The notes under the pieces are model-generated. The model worked only from the letters and a program-made list of their open reading frames with translations. It was not told the origin of the DNA and ran no database searches. Shown here piece after piece: positions 23,252 to 36,234 of a stretch of DNA of 64,000 nt (position 1 is its first letter; each line of letters begins with the position of its first letter). Both the position numbers and the translations under genes were made by a program. This stretch comes from Eledone cirrhosa. Its lineage: Eukaryota. The stretch is from positions 2,604,001 through 2,668,000 of the forward strand of contig OZ024762.1 of NCBI GenBank assembly GCA_964016885.1, read 5' to 3'.

Positions 23252-23875
23252 GGTATTAATTTAACAATGAAAATAATAACAACAAAGTCAAATTATTTTA
23301 CCTATTGATATCATTGTTTTACGATCGTTTCGGAGGGTTGATCATATTGACATATTGACTGATCTATAGCAGTTATAGAACTGTAGACTATCAGACCTGA
23401 TCTATAGCAGTTATAGAACTGTAGACTATCAGACCTGATCTATAGCAGTTATAGAACTGTAGACTATCAGACCTGATCTATAGCAGTTATAGAACTGTAT
23501 ACTATCAGACCTGATCTATAGCAGTTATAGAACTGTAGACTATCAGACCTGATCTATAGCAGTTATAGAACTGTAGACTATCAGACCTGATCTATAGCAG
23601 TTATAGAACTGTATACTATCAGACCTGATCTATAGCAGTTATAGAACTGTAGACTATCAGACCTGATCTATAGCAGTTATAGAACTGTAGACTATCAGAC
23701 TTCATATGTAGGTTAGATCAGACCATCTTCTTCGGAAACAATACAGTTCTATAACTGCTATAGATCAGACAATATGTCAATATGATCAACCCTCCGAAAC
23801 GATCGTAAAACAATGATATGAATAGGTAAAATAACTTGACTTTGTTGTTATTATTCACTGTTAAATTGATATCTA
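23248..23875 (-). mobile_element. Penelope-like pLTR remnant: hammerhead-like motif on the - strand (23313-23742) plus inverted partial copy (23743-23875)
   Basis: Minus strand reads ATTGTTT-CCGAAGA-AGATGGTCTGATC...GATCAACCCTCC-GAAA-CGATCG-TA^AAACAAT. 23248-23385 is the near reverse complement of 23743-23875. Confidence 0.7.
23359..23700. repeat. 38-bp minisatellite x9 (CTGATCTATAGCAGTTATAGAACTGTAGACTATCAGAC)
   Basis: 342 bp = 9 near-perfect copies; each unit is an imperfect palindrome. Confidence 0.97.
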
Positions 23876-24021
23876 ATATCAGACTCTGTATCTAAGGAAT
23901 TAACTTAGCGGAACATGGAACCTTTCTATGGATTTCACTGGATTACTGGCCATCAGACTACATTGAGTTCTCTCTACGGTACGGACCCTACCACCAAGGG
24001 TGGACCACACTGAAAAATACA

Positions 24022-24066
<45 letters not shown>

Positions 24067-24075
24067 AAAAATACA

Positions 24076-24114
<39 letters not shown>

Positions 24115-24147
24115 AAAAATACATGCATATATATATTGAAAAATACA

Positions 24148-24198
<51 letters not shown>

Positions 24199-24207
24199 AA
24201 AAATACA

Positions 24208-24245
<38 letters not shown>

Positions 24246-24254
24246 TGTATTTTT

Positions 24255-24294
<40 letters not shown>

Positions 24295-24396
24295 AAAAAT
24301 ATATGCATATATATATATATATTTACTCTACTACCCTAAGTATTGAGTACGGTGGTGCCTTATGGTCCACCAGGTATCTTCCCACACCCTCTTTGT

Positions 24397-24427
<31 letters not shown>

Positions 24428-24990
24428 GGCGTCCCTCAAAAATGTATGCATATATTTATTAGAATGCTGTTGAAGTGTGTATATATTTGGGGGGGGATAC
24501 CCTGTAAATATAAATATATATGTACGCTAAATTTATATTTATATATACACGTATATTAATATAACAGAAACAAGCGTAGCGGATTATTACAGTTAAGAGT
24601 TAGCAGTCAAAGGGAAACAACTCCTGATAGCCTGTTAAATCTGTATAGTAAGAAGTTAGGACGATGTCTTGGTTCAGGCGGTAAATAACTTTTGGTATTT
24701 AAATGATAAATTACTGGGTGAACTTACTCAGTAACGCCATCTCTCTATATAAAACAAACAACAACAGTCAAGTGTTATTGCATTTAATGCAGTGAGAATT
24801 AGAAATACGAATTTGAAACAGTTATAATTAAAATAAAAATAAAATAATAAACAGCAGGCCCTCAGTTGTATTAAAACTGGGAATAATCAGCCCCTCCCCA
24901 CACTCAAATACCTTAGTGCCACCCCTCCAAAACGTAATGGGCGTTTTTATTTAGGCCTTACATTTGGTGGATGTATTTCTTTTGTAAATC

Positions 24991-25021
<31 letters not shown>

Positions 25022-25035
25022 TACACATACACACA

Positions 25036-25099
<64 letters not shown>

Positions 25100-25118
25100 G
25101 CACATACACATACACACA

Positions 25119-25160
<42 letters not shown>

Positions 25161-25179
25161 GCACATACACATACACACA

Positions 25180-25229
<50 letters not shown>

Positions 25230-25459
25230 TGCAAACTCTGCTAAGAGTATTGCAATCGCTTGTCAAATTATAGAGTTTGGTACACTTTTAGGCTACGGCC
25301 AGCCACACGAACCTGTAGCATATTCTGAACAAGCAATGCCTGTGCTTTGAAGGTTTTTTAAGTGGGGAAAGGCCTTGCACTCGACCAATCCCACTCTCTG
25401 AGCATCGAAAACACAACCCGAGAAGGAGAACTGGTCAACATCATCAGATGCTTCTGAAG

Positions 25460-25745
25460 CTGCAGGTTTTTTGTCAGAGTTTCCCTCTCTTAGAAAGGTG
25501 ACAACAATTGGGGGCCTTTCACTCCCAGATGAAAAAAAAAAAGAAAAGAAAAAGTACTATTTGGATGGCCGTTGACTCTGCTGAGTTCCCCCACCCTTTG
25601 CTGGGTCTTGTATTTCATCCCGCAGGGTGTCCAAACATCACCCCCCCCCCTCACCAAACAAACTTGGTGGGGTTGCCAGTTTAATTGCCAACAACCTGAT
25701 CATGAGACAGGTTGTACTGGGTTACATATTACCAGTAGCACTCAA
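25460..25745 (-). mobile_element. Dispersed repeat (probable LINE 5' UTR fragment); opposite-strand copy at ~47280-47500
   Basis: Shared AAACTGGCAACCCCACCAAG, TTTGGACA.CCTGC, GAGTCAA.GGCCATCCAAA, AAACTCTGA blocks. Confidence 0.55.
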
Positions 25746-25755
25746 GAGTGGCCTG

Positions 25756-25837
<82 letters not shown>

Positions 25838-26309
25838 AGAGAGAGTGACAATAGGAAGTAAGTTTTACAGCTTGTTATGAAACTTTATTGTATATTACAA
25901 CTAGTTCAATATCGATCAGTTCAGGTATGATCAAGTGATCCTGATTCTTAATTGATACCTCTTCAGATATGTGATTTTACATGGGTCGTCTCCTCCGAAT
26001 CTGGAGAAAAGGTCTAGCTAGGGTTCATCGAAGATAACCAACTTTATCAACTCATTCCTCCCCCGTCTCTCAAAGGAGACACTACACATTCAGTTTGCTT
26101 AGAAATCAGGGAGATGAAGCCCTTTACCCAGACACAGAAACTCCGGTTCTATTGGCAAGGGCCAACTAGTTCTATTCCTGTTGGCCCTTTAACAAAGGTT
26201 AGTCCACACGCGACAGTCTATATCATCTTTCAAACTCTCTGTACACCAACAACAACAACAACAACACAGCTTTGTTTTCCTATGATATCGACAGTTCAGA
26301 CATCACTTC

Positions 26310-27039
<730 letters not shown>

Positions 27040-27040
<1 letters not shown>

Positions 27041-27604
27041 CTATTTAAGGCTGTATACAGCTATGGTGCGACCACACTTAGAATTTGCATCACCAGTCTG
27101 GAACCCCTATCTTGCTCAGGACATTGACCGCCTGGAAACTGTTCAGAGACGTGCAACCAAGCGAATACCCTCCATCAGGCATCTACAATACTCTGATCGC
27201 CTTGCTTCCCTGGGCATGGATTCATTGAAGCTCCGACGCCTGGCAACTGACTTGGTAAACACCCACAAAATTGTTAACAATGTTGCCAACAACAACCCTG
27301 AGTGCCTTTTTGATTTCCATGTGTCTAACACACGTGGACATGCCCACAAAGTAAGAAAACAGCACAGTTCCCATGACTTTCGCAAACATTTTTTCACGCT
27401 CAGAGTTGCTGAAGCATGGAACAAACTACCTGCATCAGTTGTTAGCTGTCGAGACACTGCATCCTTTAAGGCCTCCATGCTTCCCGAGATCCGCCAACAC
27501 TACAGCTAACACATACACACATGTACTTCCCTGGCATTTGTGTATTATTCTATGTACTATATTGACGAGTTGTGGTGCACCTGAGCACTTTACACAATAA
27601 TTTC

Positions 27605-27608
<4 letters not shown>
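27040..27608 (+). mobile_element. CR1/L2-group LINE 3' end (post-RT ORF2 region and 3' UTR), 5'-truncated
   Basis: [37 protein letters not shown]...L..RR, TRGH, FFT.RV..AWN.LP; stop at 27509. Confidence 0.9.
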
Positions 27609-27657
<49 letters not shown>

Positions 27658-27754
27658 AAGTATGTCTCCCTACATGCAAACTTGATTATATATATTATAT
27701 ATATATATGAATATATACATATATATATATGTAAATATGTATATATGAATATAT

Positions 27755-27810
<56 letters not shown>

Positions 27811-28259
27811 TGCTTACTTAATCATAACTTTAAAGTTCTGGTGGCCAAATTTACAGCCTCGTTTTCAACAATAAAATAATGATAGTAACCTCTTTTCTAT
27901 TGTTATGTGATACTGAGGTGTGTGTGTCTGTGTAGAGGTGTGTCTGTCTGTGTAGAGGTGTGTGTGTGTCTGTGTAGAGGTGTGTGTGTGTCTGTGTAGA
28001 GGTGTGTGTGTGTCTGTGTAGAGAGGTGTGTGTGTCTGTCTGTGTAGAGGTGTGTGTGTCTGTGTAGAGATGTGTGTGTGTGTGTGTCTGTGTAGAGGTG
28101 TGTGTGTCTGTGTAGAGGTGCCTGTGTATGTATGTATGTGTATGTGTGTCTGTGTATGTCTGTGTAGATGGATGTGTGTGTGTATGTGTATGTGTGTCGG
28201 TGTGTAGATATATGTGTGTGTTTGGGTGTGTATGTGTGGTATGTATCTGCCTGTATGTA

Positions 28260-28293
<34 letters not shown>

Positions 28294-28354
28294 ATCATCA
28301 CCGTTTTACTTCCATTCTTCCAAGCTAGCATGGGTTAGACGGGCGGTCCTGTTG

Positions 28355-28455
28355 TGGGCAGTGTCTTGCTCAAGGAAACAACACATCACCCGGTCTGAGA
28401 ATTGAACTCACAACCTTTCGATTGCAAGCCCAATGCTCTAACCACTGAGCCATGT
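28355..28455 (-). mobile_element. tRNA-derived CORE-like SINE fragment; other copies at 42750-42865 (+), 45580-45720 (+), 46045-46185 (-)
   Basis: TGGCT.AGTGGTTAGAG ... GAGTTCAATTC ... TCCTTGAGCAAGACACT. Confidence 0.7.
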
Positions 28456-28479
28456 ACCTTCACTATATATTTATATTCA

Positions 28480-28552
<73 letters not shown>

Positions 28553-28934
28553 GTATGTATGTACATATGTGTGTCTGTCTGAATATTTTAACTGGGAGAG
28601 AACTTGCCATACTTCTCATCTGAGAAGCAGACGTTCAAGTCTTTAGCCAGAAGTACATTTCCTTTCCCTTTTTTTGAAGCGAACGTTCAAGAGTGTAGCC
28701 AAACGTACACCTCATTTAACGTTCGGTTTCCCTATCCCCGCCCACTTGTATTTGCTTTAGTTTACACCGCTGTCTTCCTAAAAAAAGGGGACAGCCACGT
28801 CTACCACTGTAATATGTAAGAAACTAGACTTCTTAAATTAAACACACGTTCTACATTGAGGCCAGTTATATCTACCCCCCCCCCCCCCACTGTTAAGCGA
28901 GTGTTCAATTATGTAGCTTATACGATCATCTACC

Positions 28935-29523
28935 CCCTCCTCCTCATCCTCCTCCTCTAACACTACCGCCACCACGAACAGCTCCACCACCGCCGCCATC
29001 ACCACCACCACCACCACACCACCATCATCATCATCACCAACATCACCGCCGCCACCACCACCACCATCAACACCACCATCACCACCACCACCACCACCAT
29101 CAACACCACCATCAACTCCTCCACCACCAACACCTCCACCACCACCACCACCTCCACCATCAACACCAACACCATCACCTCCACCACCACCACCACCACC
29201 ACCATCAACACCACCATCAACTCCTCCACCACCAACACCTCCACCACCAACACCTCCACCACCACCACCACCTCCACCATCAACACCAACACCATCACCT
29301 CCACCACCACCACCAACACCACCATCAACACCAACACCATCACCTCCACCTCCACCAACACCACCATCACCACCACCACCACCATCACCTCCACCAACAC
29401 CACCATCACCACCACCACCATCACCTCCACCAACACCACCATCACCACCACCACCATCACCTCCACCAACACCACCATCAACACCAACACCATCAACACC
29501 ACCACCATCACCTCCACCATCAC

Positions 29524-29558
<35 letters not shown>

Positions 29559-29786
29559 ACACCATCATCATCATCATCATCATCATCATCACCACCATCA
29601 ACAACAACTCTATACCGAACCACTACAATAACAAGAACAACAATAGCAGCAAGCAACCATGAAACAACTAATTGATTGGTTGACTGAATGAGAGAGAGAG
29701 AGGGGGGAGGGAGGGAGAGAGAAATAGTAGGGAAGAGAGAGAGAGAGAGAGTAGAGAGAGAAAAAGAAAGAAAGAGAATGAATGGT

Positions 29787-29854
<68 letters not shown>

Positions 29855-29990
29855 AATGGTAGGGAGAGAGAAAGAGTGAAGGAGAGAGAGAGAGAGCGAA
29901 AGAAAGAGAGAGAGAGAGAGAGAGGGAAAGAGAGATAATGAATGGTAGAGAGGGAGATAGAGAAAGAAAGAAAGAAAGAAAGAGAAGACG
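28935..29990. repeat. (CAC/CAT)n then (GA)n low-complexity tracts
   Basis: Directly visible. Confidence 0.93.
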
Positions 29991-30188
29991 TTAAAGTATT
30001 TCTCGTTATATTTCTGGGGTGTTTCAGTCTCAAACAACTGCAGTGACCACACTAACATGTGAACTAACGAACCAACAACAATAGTATTAGTACTACTACT
30101 AGTAGTAATTAGTAGTATCAACAGCTTTAATCACACCAGCTGCAGTTCAAATCGTTGTTGTATCTATATACCTACCTATATATATATA

Positions 30189-30225
<37 letters not shown>

Positions 30226-30663
30226 CTCTGTCTATCTATCTATTTCTATATCCGTCTATCTATCTCGTTTGTCCCCTCACTAAATTTAAATACAACATAC
30301 TATACTATATATACTGCACACACACACATATATATACAACATAATATACTATATACTGTATATATATACACCATAATATACTATATGCTGTATATATAAT
30401 ATTATAATAATGAAATAGCAGAAGGGAAGACTGATGTATTCCACGAAACTGTGGAGGTCGACTTATGTTCGTTATCTTAACTTAGAAACCATGCAAAGGT
30501 TAGTCGACTTTTAATGTTATCAAGTATTATCTTCGTTGTTATTGTTGTTGTTATTGTCGTTGTTATCGTTGTCATTATTATTGTTGTTGTTATTCTGGTA
30601 GACCACCGAAAGAGCACCAGCCTACTAAATTATTTTATACTCTGTGTGTGTATATGTATATAG

Positions 30664-30695
<32 letters not shown>

Positions 30696-30780
30696 GCACC
30701 CCCTAGTTATCTGCTTTAGATATATATTTATGTGTGTGTGTGTATATGTATATTATATACACACACATGAATGTATAATG

Positions 30781-30825
<45 letters not shown>

Positions 30826-32091
30826 GCACACACGCGCACTCCCTAATTATTTGCATTATATATATATAACGAAGATATATGTATATTTATGTGTTTGTGT
30901 GTGTGTATATATATATGTGTTTGTGTGTATATATATATGTGTTTGTGTGTATATATATTTGTGTTTGTGTATATATATATATATATTTAGGTGTGTATAT
31001 ATATATATATATATATATGTGAGTTGTTAAGATGCTTTAGTGATAAACTTTAATACGTTTCACGCAAGGAAAACACGATTGAAAAATCTGTTTAAACCGT
31101 GAATTATTATGTGTTAAAACCTCGTCCTGATCATTGCATTAACGATAAAATACCAGTGGTGTACTGAGGAATCGAGTTAATTGAAACTATACCCTTCTAC
31201 AATAATTGCTGGTTAGGTGCCCCTGTTATAATAATAATTATTATTTAGTTAATGTAGCTCCCCCCCCCCCCATGAAACAGCCCTTTTTATGCTACTAAAC
31301 AGTATATTTTAAAGTGTTTATATTTATCTAAAAAACAAACCCTCCCCACCATAATTTTATGTAAGAACCTTCGTTAAGTTATGTTCCAAACACCCAACTT
31401 GATAATGACGGAGTTATATGATTAAATCCCTTCAATTTTCTTTATTATTTAGTAGCGAAGGAGTCGGTTAAAATGTTTATATTTATCTATATAAAAAATC
31501 TTCCTTCGTATTTTCATGTATGAACCTTTGTTAAGTTACCTTCCTAACACCAGCTTAATAATGAAAACAAACAGAAAAAAATTACAAAAAGTTAGGGCCA
31601 AGAAGGAAGCTTTAGGCTGGGTAGCAGAACTGTGAGAAAGTATTTTATTTTTGTATGTCAGAAATAGGGTTAGGGTTTGTGTGTGTCTGTGTGAAAGGGG
31701 GGGCATCTGGTTACTATACCGCCCCTGTTTTAAAACAATACCCCTTCCCTCCGTGGTTTCTACTGTGTTGGCAGAATCGGTAGAGCGTCGAATGAGATGC
31801 CTAACAGCATGACAGTACTAGATCCGGTTCTCTTTATATCTGGGGTTGATAAAATAAAGTACCAGTAATGCACTAGAGTAATTGCTGGCCTTGTGCCAAA
31901 AGTAGAAACAATTATCATTGCTACTACTGCTGATGCTACTACTGCTGATGCTGTTACTACTACTACTGTTACAGCTGCTGCTACTACTACCACTACCACA
32001 GCCAAGTATTGTGAAAATGAATCGGAAAATGGGGAGGGGGTGAAAGATTATGAAATCATTTTTGTTTTAATCCCTGTTAAAATACGTGGTT

Positions 32092-32985
32092 TTATATCCC
32101 TTGTCTTATATCCCTTGTCTTATATCCCTTGTCTTATATCCCTTGTCTTATATCCCTTGTCTTATATCCCTTGTCTTATATCCCTTGTCTTGCATCCCTT
32201 GTCTTATATCCCTTGTCTTATATCCCTTGTCTTATATCCCTTGTCTTATATCCCTTGTCTTATATCCCTTGTCTTATATCCCTTGTCTTATATCCCTTGT
32301 CTTATATCCCTTGTCTTATATCCCTTGTCTTATATCCCTTGTCTTGCATCCCTTGTCTTATATCCCTTGTCTTATATCCCTTGTCTTATATCCCTTGTCT
32401 TATATCCCTTGTCTTATATCCCTTGTCTTGCATCCCTTGTCTTATATCCCTTGTCTTATATCCCTTGTCTTATATCCCTTGTCTTATATCCCTTGTCTTA
32501 TATCCCTTGTCTTATATCCCTTGTCTTATATCCCTTGTCTTATATCCCTTGTCTTATATCCCTTGTCTTGCATCCCTTGTCTTATATCCCTTGTCTTATA
32601 TCCCTTGTCTTATATCCCTTGTCTTATATCCCTTGTCTTATATCCCTTGTCTTGCATCCCTTGTCTTATATCCCTTGTCTTATATCCCTTGTCTTATATC
32701 CCTTGTCTTATATCCCTTGTCTTATATCCCTTGTCTTATATCCCTTGTCTTGCATCCCTTGTCTTATATCCCTTGTCTTATATCCCTTGTCTTATATCCC
32801 TTGTCTTATATCCCTTGTCTTGTATCCCTTGTCTTATATCCCTTGTCTTATATCCCTTGTCTTATATCCCTTGTCTTATATCCCTTGTCTTATATCCCTT
32901 GTCTTATATCCCTTGTCTTATATCCCTTGTCTTATATCCCTTGTCTTATATCCCTTGTCTTGTATCCCTTGTCTTGTATCCCTTT
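32092..32985. repeat. 14-bp minisatellite (TATATCCCTTGTCT)n
   Basis: Directly visible, with recurrent TGC/TGT variants. Confidence 0.98.
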
Positions 32986-33104
32986 GTTAATATCCATGTC
33001 TTAATCCCCATCTTAGTAAATTGGTGGAGTCGTTATAACGTCAGAATCTTTTACAGCGTTTGTTCAGGCTCACTCTGTATCCTCAGCTGAAAATAAGTAC
33101 CAGC

Positions 33105-33680
33105 AATAGCTGTGATGGACTGGCGTCCTGTCCAGGGGGAAGATTTGTTTCACACCATGAAACTGGGATAAGCACTGGCCTAACAAGCCTTCTGGCTTAA
33201 GACAGACTTTAACCCTGCGATGGACTGGTGTCTTGTCCAGGGGGAAGATTTGTACTCTTGGTCGCTTCACGCCATGAAACTGGGATAAGCACTGGCCTAA
33301 CAAGCCTTCTGGCTTAAGACAGACTTTAACCCTGCGATGGACTGGTGTCCTGTCCAGGGGGAAGATTTGTACTCTCGGTCGCTTCACACCATGAAACTAG
33401 GATAAGCACTGGCCTAACAAGCCTTCTGGCTTAAGACAGACTTTAACCCTGCGATGGACTGGTGTCCTGTCCAGGGGGAAGATTTGTACTCTCGGTCGCT
33501 TCACACCATGAAACTAGGATAAGCACTGGCCTAACAAGCCTTCTGGCTTAAGACAGACTTTAACCCTGCGATGGACTGGTGTCCTGTCCAGGGGGAAGAT
33601 TTGTACTCTCAGTCGCTTCACGCCATGAAACCGGGATAAGCACTGGCCTAACAAGCCTTCTGGCTTAAGACGGACTTTAG
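33105..33680 (+). repeat. 117-bp tandem repeat (~5 copies) derived from a SINE 3' half
   Basis: AACCCTGCGATGGACT at 33211, 33328, 33445, 33562. Confidence 0.93.
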
Positions 33681-33773
33681 GCTCTCTGTGCTCTGAGTTC
33701 AAATCTTGCTGAGGTCAACTTTGTCTTTTCGTCCTTTCGAAGTCGATAAAAAATAAAGTACCAGCCAAGTACT

Positions 33774-33946
33774 CAGTGCTGGATTTAGGACAAATGAGGC
33801 CCTGTGCTAGGTAACTTATGAGGTCCCAAGCATTTGAAAAATTCATCATAAAAATTTTTTGGCAGGAAGATTGGCCTACCCTGGCCAGCGAGGGGGGGGG
33901 GGGCTGTGCTTAAGCACACCTAAGTACAATAGTAAATCCTGCACTG
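33774..33946. mobile_element. hAT-like MITE with 14-bp TIRs and 8-bp TSD
   Basis: CAGTGCTGGATTTA ... TAAATCCTGCACTG flanked by CAAGTACT at 33766-33773 and 33947-33954. Confidence 0.9.
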
Positions 33947-34289
33947 CAAGTACTGGAGGTTGACACTTGATACTTTCTCTATATCTCTATCTCATGTCCT
34001 CCCACTCTCCTTACTCTAGAAGAAATCTGCTGTGTTCTGACCTAGGGGATGGGCTCTGTCAGTTGTAAACAAATTCCCCGACCCTACATTGTTACTATAC
34101 CTCAATGACTGCACCATGAGTTACAGTTCTATACACACAAACAATACAATAGCTCAAAATAAGAAAATATAAATACGTCATTTCTTTTACTTGACACATA
34201 GCTTGTGCTCCACTTGTTAATCACAAGTTCTCAATATTTAATGTTCAATATTGAACCTTATTTCCTATTTTTAATAATGTGCATGTCTG

Positions 34290-34585
34290 ATTTACAATAG
34301 GTACACCATACCCCTGTGTGTACCTGGTTTACAATAGGTACACCATGTCTCTGTGTATATCTGGTTTACAATAGATACCCTGTATCCTTGTATATCTGGT
34401 TTACAATAGATACCCTGTATCCTTGTGTACCTGGTTTACAATATCTATACTATATCCTTGTGTACCTTGTTTACAATATCTACACTATATCCTTGTGTAC
34501 CTGGTTTACAATAGGTACACTGTATCCCTGTGTATATCTGGTTTACAATAGGTATGCCATATCCCTGTGTGTATCTGGTTTAAAC
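34290..34585. repeat. Degenerate ~30-37-bp minisatellite (CTGGTTTACAATAG core)
   Basis: Recurrent TGTGTACCTGGTTTACAATA. Confidence 0.85.
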
Positions 34586-34675
34586 CTGTTATGGCCCCCT
34601 GCAAGGTTAATCTGTTGTTAGGTAATTGCTTTAATCGACGACATTAATATTCCATTGTCCCATCTCAATGTTTAA

Positions 34676-35434
34676 CCCTTCAACGTTTAAACCAGCCATA
34701 TCCGACCAGAATTCTCTCACCTCTTTCTGTTCAAACCGGCTGTAACTGGCCGCTCATACTGTTGTTAAGGTATTGTTCTCAAAATAAATAATATCAAATG
34801 TCATAGATTCGATATTATGTGAGATAATTGTGTAAGATAAAAATACCACAAAAATATAATAATAAATATAGAGTAATGTAAATGTTGTGAGATATTATGT
34901 GAGGTAAAGCCTTTACCATGAAAATACAATAATAAATATAGAGTAATGTAAATGTTGTGAGATATTATGTAAGGTAAAGCCTTTACTGTGAAAATACAAT
35001 AGTATATATAGAGTAATGTAAATGTTGTGAGATATTATGTGAGGTAAAGCCTTTACTGTGAAAATACAATGAGTAATGTAAATGTTGTGAGATATTATGT
35101 AAGGTAAAGCCTTTACTGTGAAAATACAATAGTATATATAGAGTAATGTAAATGTTGTGAGATATTATGTGAGGTAAAGCCTTTAGTGTGAAAATACAAT
35201 AGTATATATAGAGTAATGTAAATATTATGTGAGGTAAAGCCTTTACTGTGAAAATACAATAGTATATATAGAGTAATGTAAATGTTATGTGAGATATTAT
35301 GTGAGGTAAAGCCTTTACTGTGAAAATACAATAGTATATATAGAGTAATGTAAATGTTATGAGATATTATGTGAGGTAAAGCCTTTACTGTGAAAATACA
35401 ATAGTATATATAGAGTAATGTAAATACTAAAGGG
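34676..35434. mobile_element. piggyBac-like MITE with TTAA TSD, expanded internally by a ~70-bp tandem repeat
   Basis: TTAA-CCCTT...AAGGG-TTAA; GAGTAATGTAAATG at 34871, 34941, 35011, 35071, 35141 and onward. Confidence 0.88.
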
Positions 35435-35669
35435 TTAATCCTGACTTCTTCAAGTCATTGTTTTAATCAAAGATATTAATATTCCAATGTTCCATCTCAG
35501 TATTTAATCCTGATGTCTTCAAGTTATTGTTTCACTCTAAAACAACTTTGTCTTCAGTTTTCTATTATTTTAATCATCAATACATTCCTCTTTCACTTCT
35601 TTCTTTACTCTTGTATTTTTTCATTTCTGCTTTTAAGTCTCTCTTCTTTTTCTTATATTTTTGGTTCTT

Positions 35670-36095
35670 TTTGTCCTCGTAATAAACCTTTTGTCCTCGT
35701 AATAAACCTTTTGTCCTCGTAATAAACCTTTTGTCCTCGTAATAAACCCTTTGTCCTCGTAATAAACCCTTTGTCCTCGTAATAAACCCTTTGTCCTCGT
35801 AATAAACCTTTTGTCCTCGTAATAAACCCTTTGTCCTCGTAATAAACCTTTTGTCCTCGTAATAAACATTTTGTCCTCGTAATAAACCTTTTGTCCTCGT
35901 AATAAACCTTTTGTCCTCGTAATAAACCTTTTGTCCTCGTAATAAACCTTTTGTCCTCGTAATAAACCTTTTGTCCTCGTAATAAACCCTTTGTCCTCGT
36001 AATAAACCCTTTGTCCTCGTAATAAACCCTTTGTCCTCGTAATAAACCCTTTGTCCTCGTAATAAACCTTTTGTCCCCAAAATAAACCTTTTGTC
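35670..36095. repeat. 20-bp minisatellite (TTGTCCTCGTAATAAACCYT)n
   Basis: Directly visible, ~21 copies. Confidence 0.98.
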
Positions 36096-36234
36096 TTTGT
36101 TATACCTTTTTCTCAATTACCATCTAATTTGTACTTTATATGAAAAGTGCCATGATGAAAAGCACCTAGTCCACCCTATAAGGTGGTAGTCTAAGTCATG
36201 ATAAAATACTTTCACCACACCCTGTAAAGTGGTC

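Noticed and set aside
25435-25460. CTGATGA on the minus strand as a hammerhead core
   Set aside because: No stem II or GAAA at a suitable distance.
28600-28860. Possible promoter with GC box (CCCCGCCCAC ~28736)
   Set aside because: Single short motif with no independent support for a TSS.
28838-30121. Gly/Asp/Val-rich 427-aa ORF resembling a structural protein
   Set aside because: Spans (GA)n and (CAC/CAT)n tracts, with no signal peptide or splice support.
31893-33090. LISLVLYPLSYIPC repeat ORFs
   Set aside because: 14-bp minisatellite open in all three frames.
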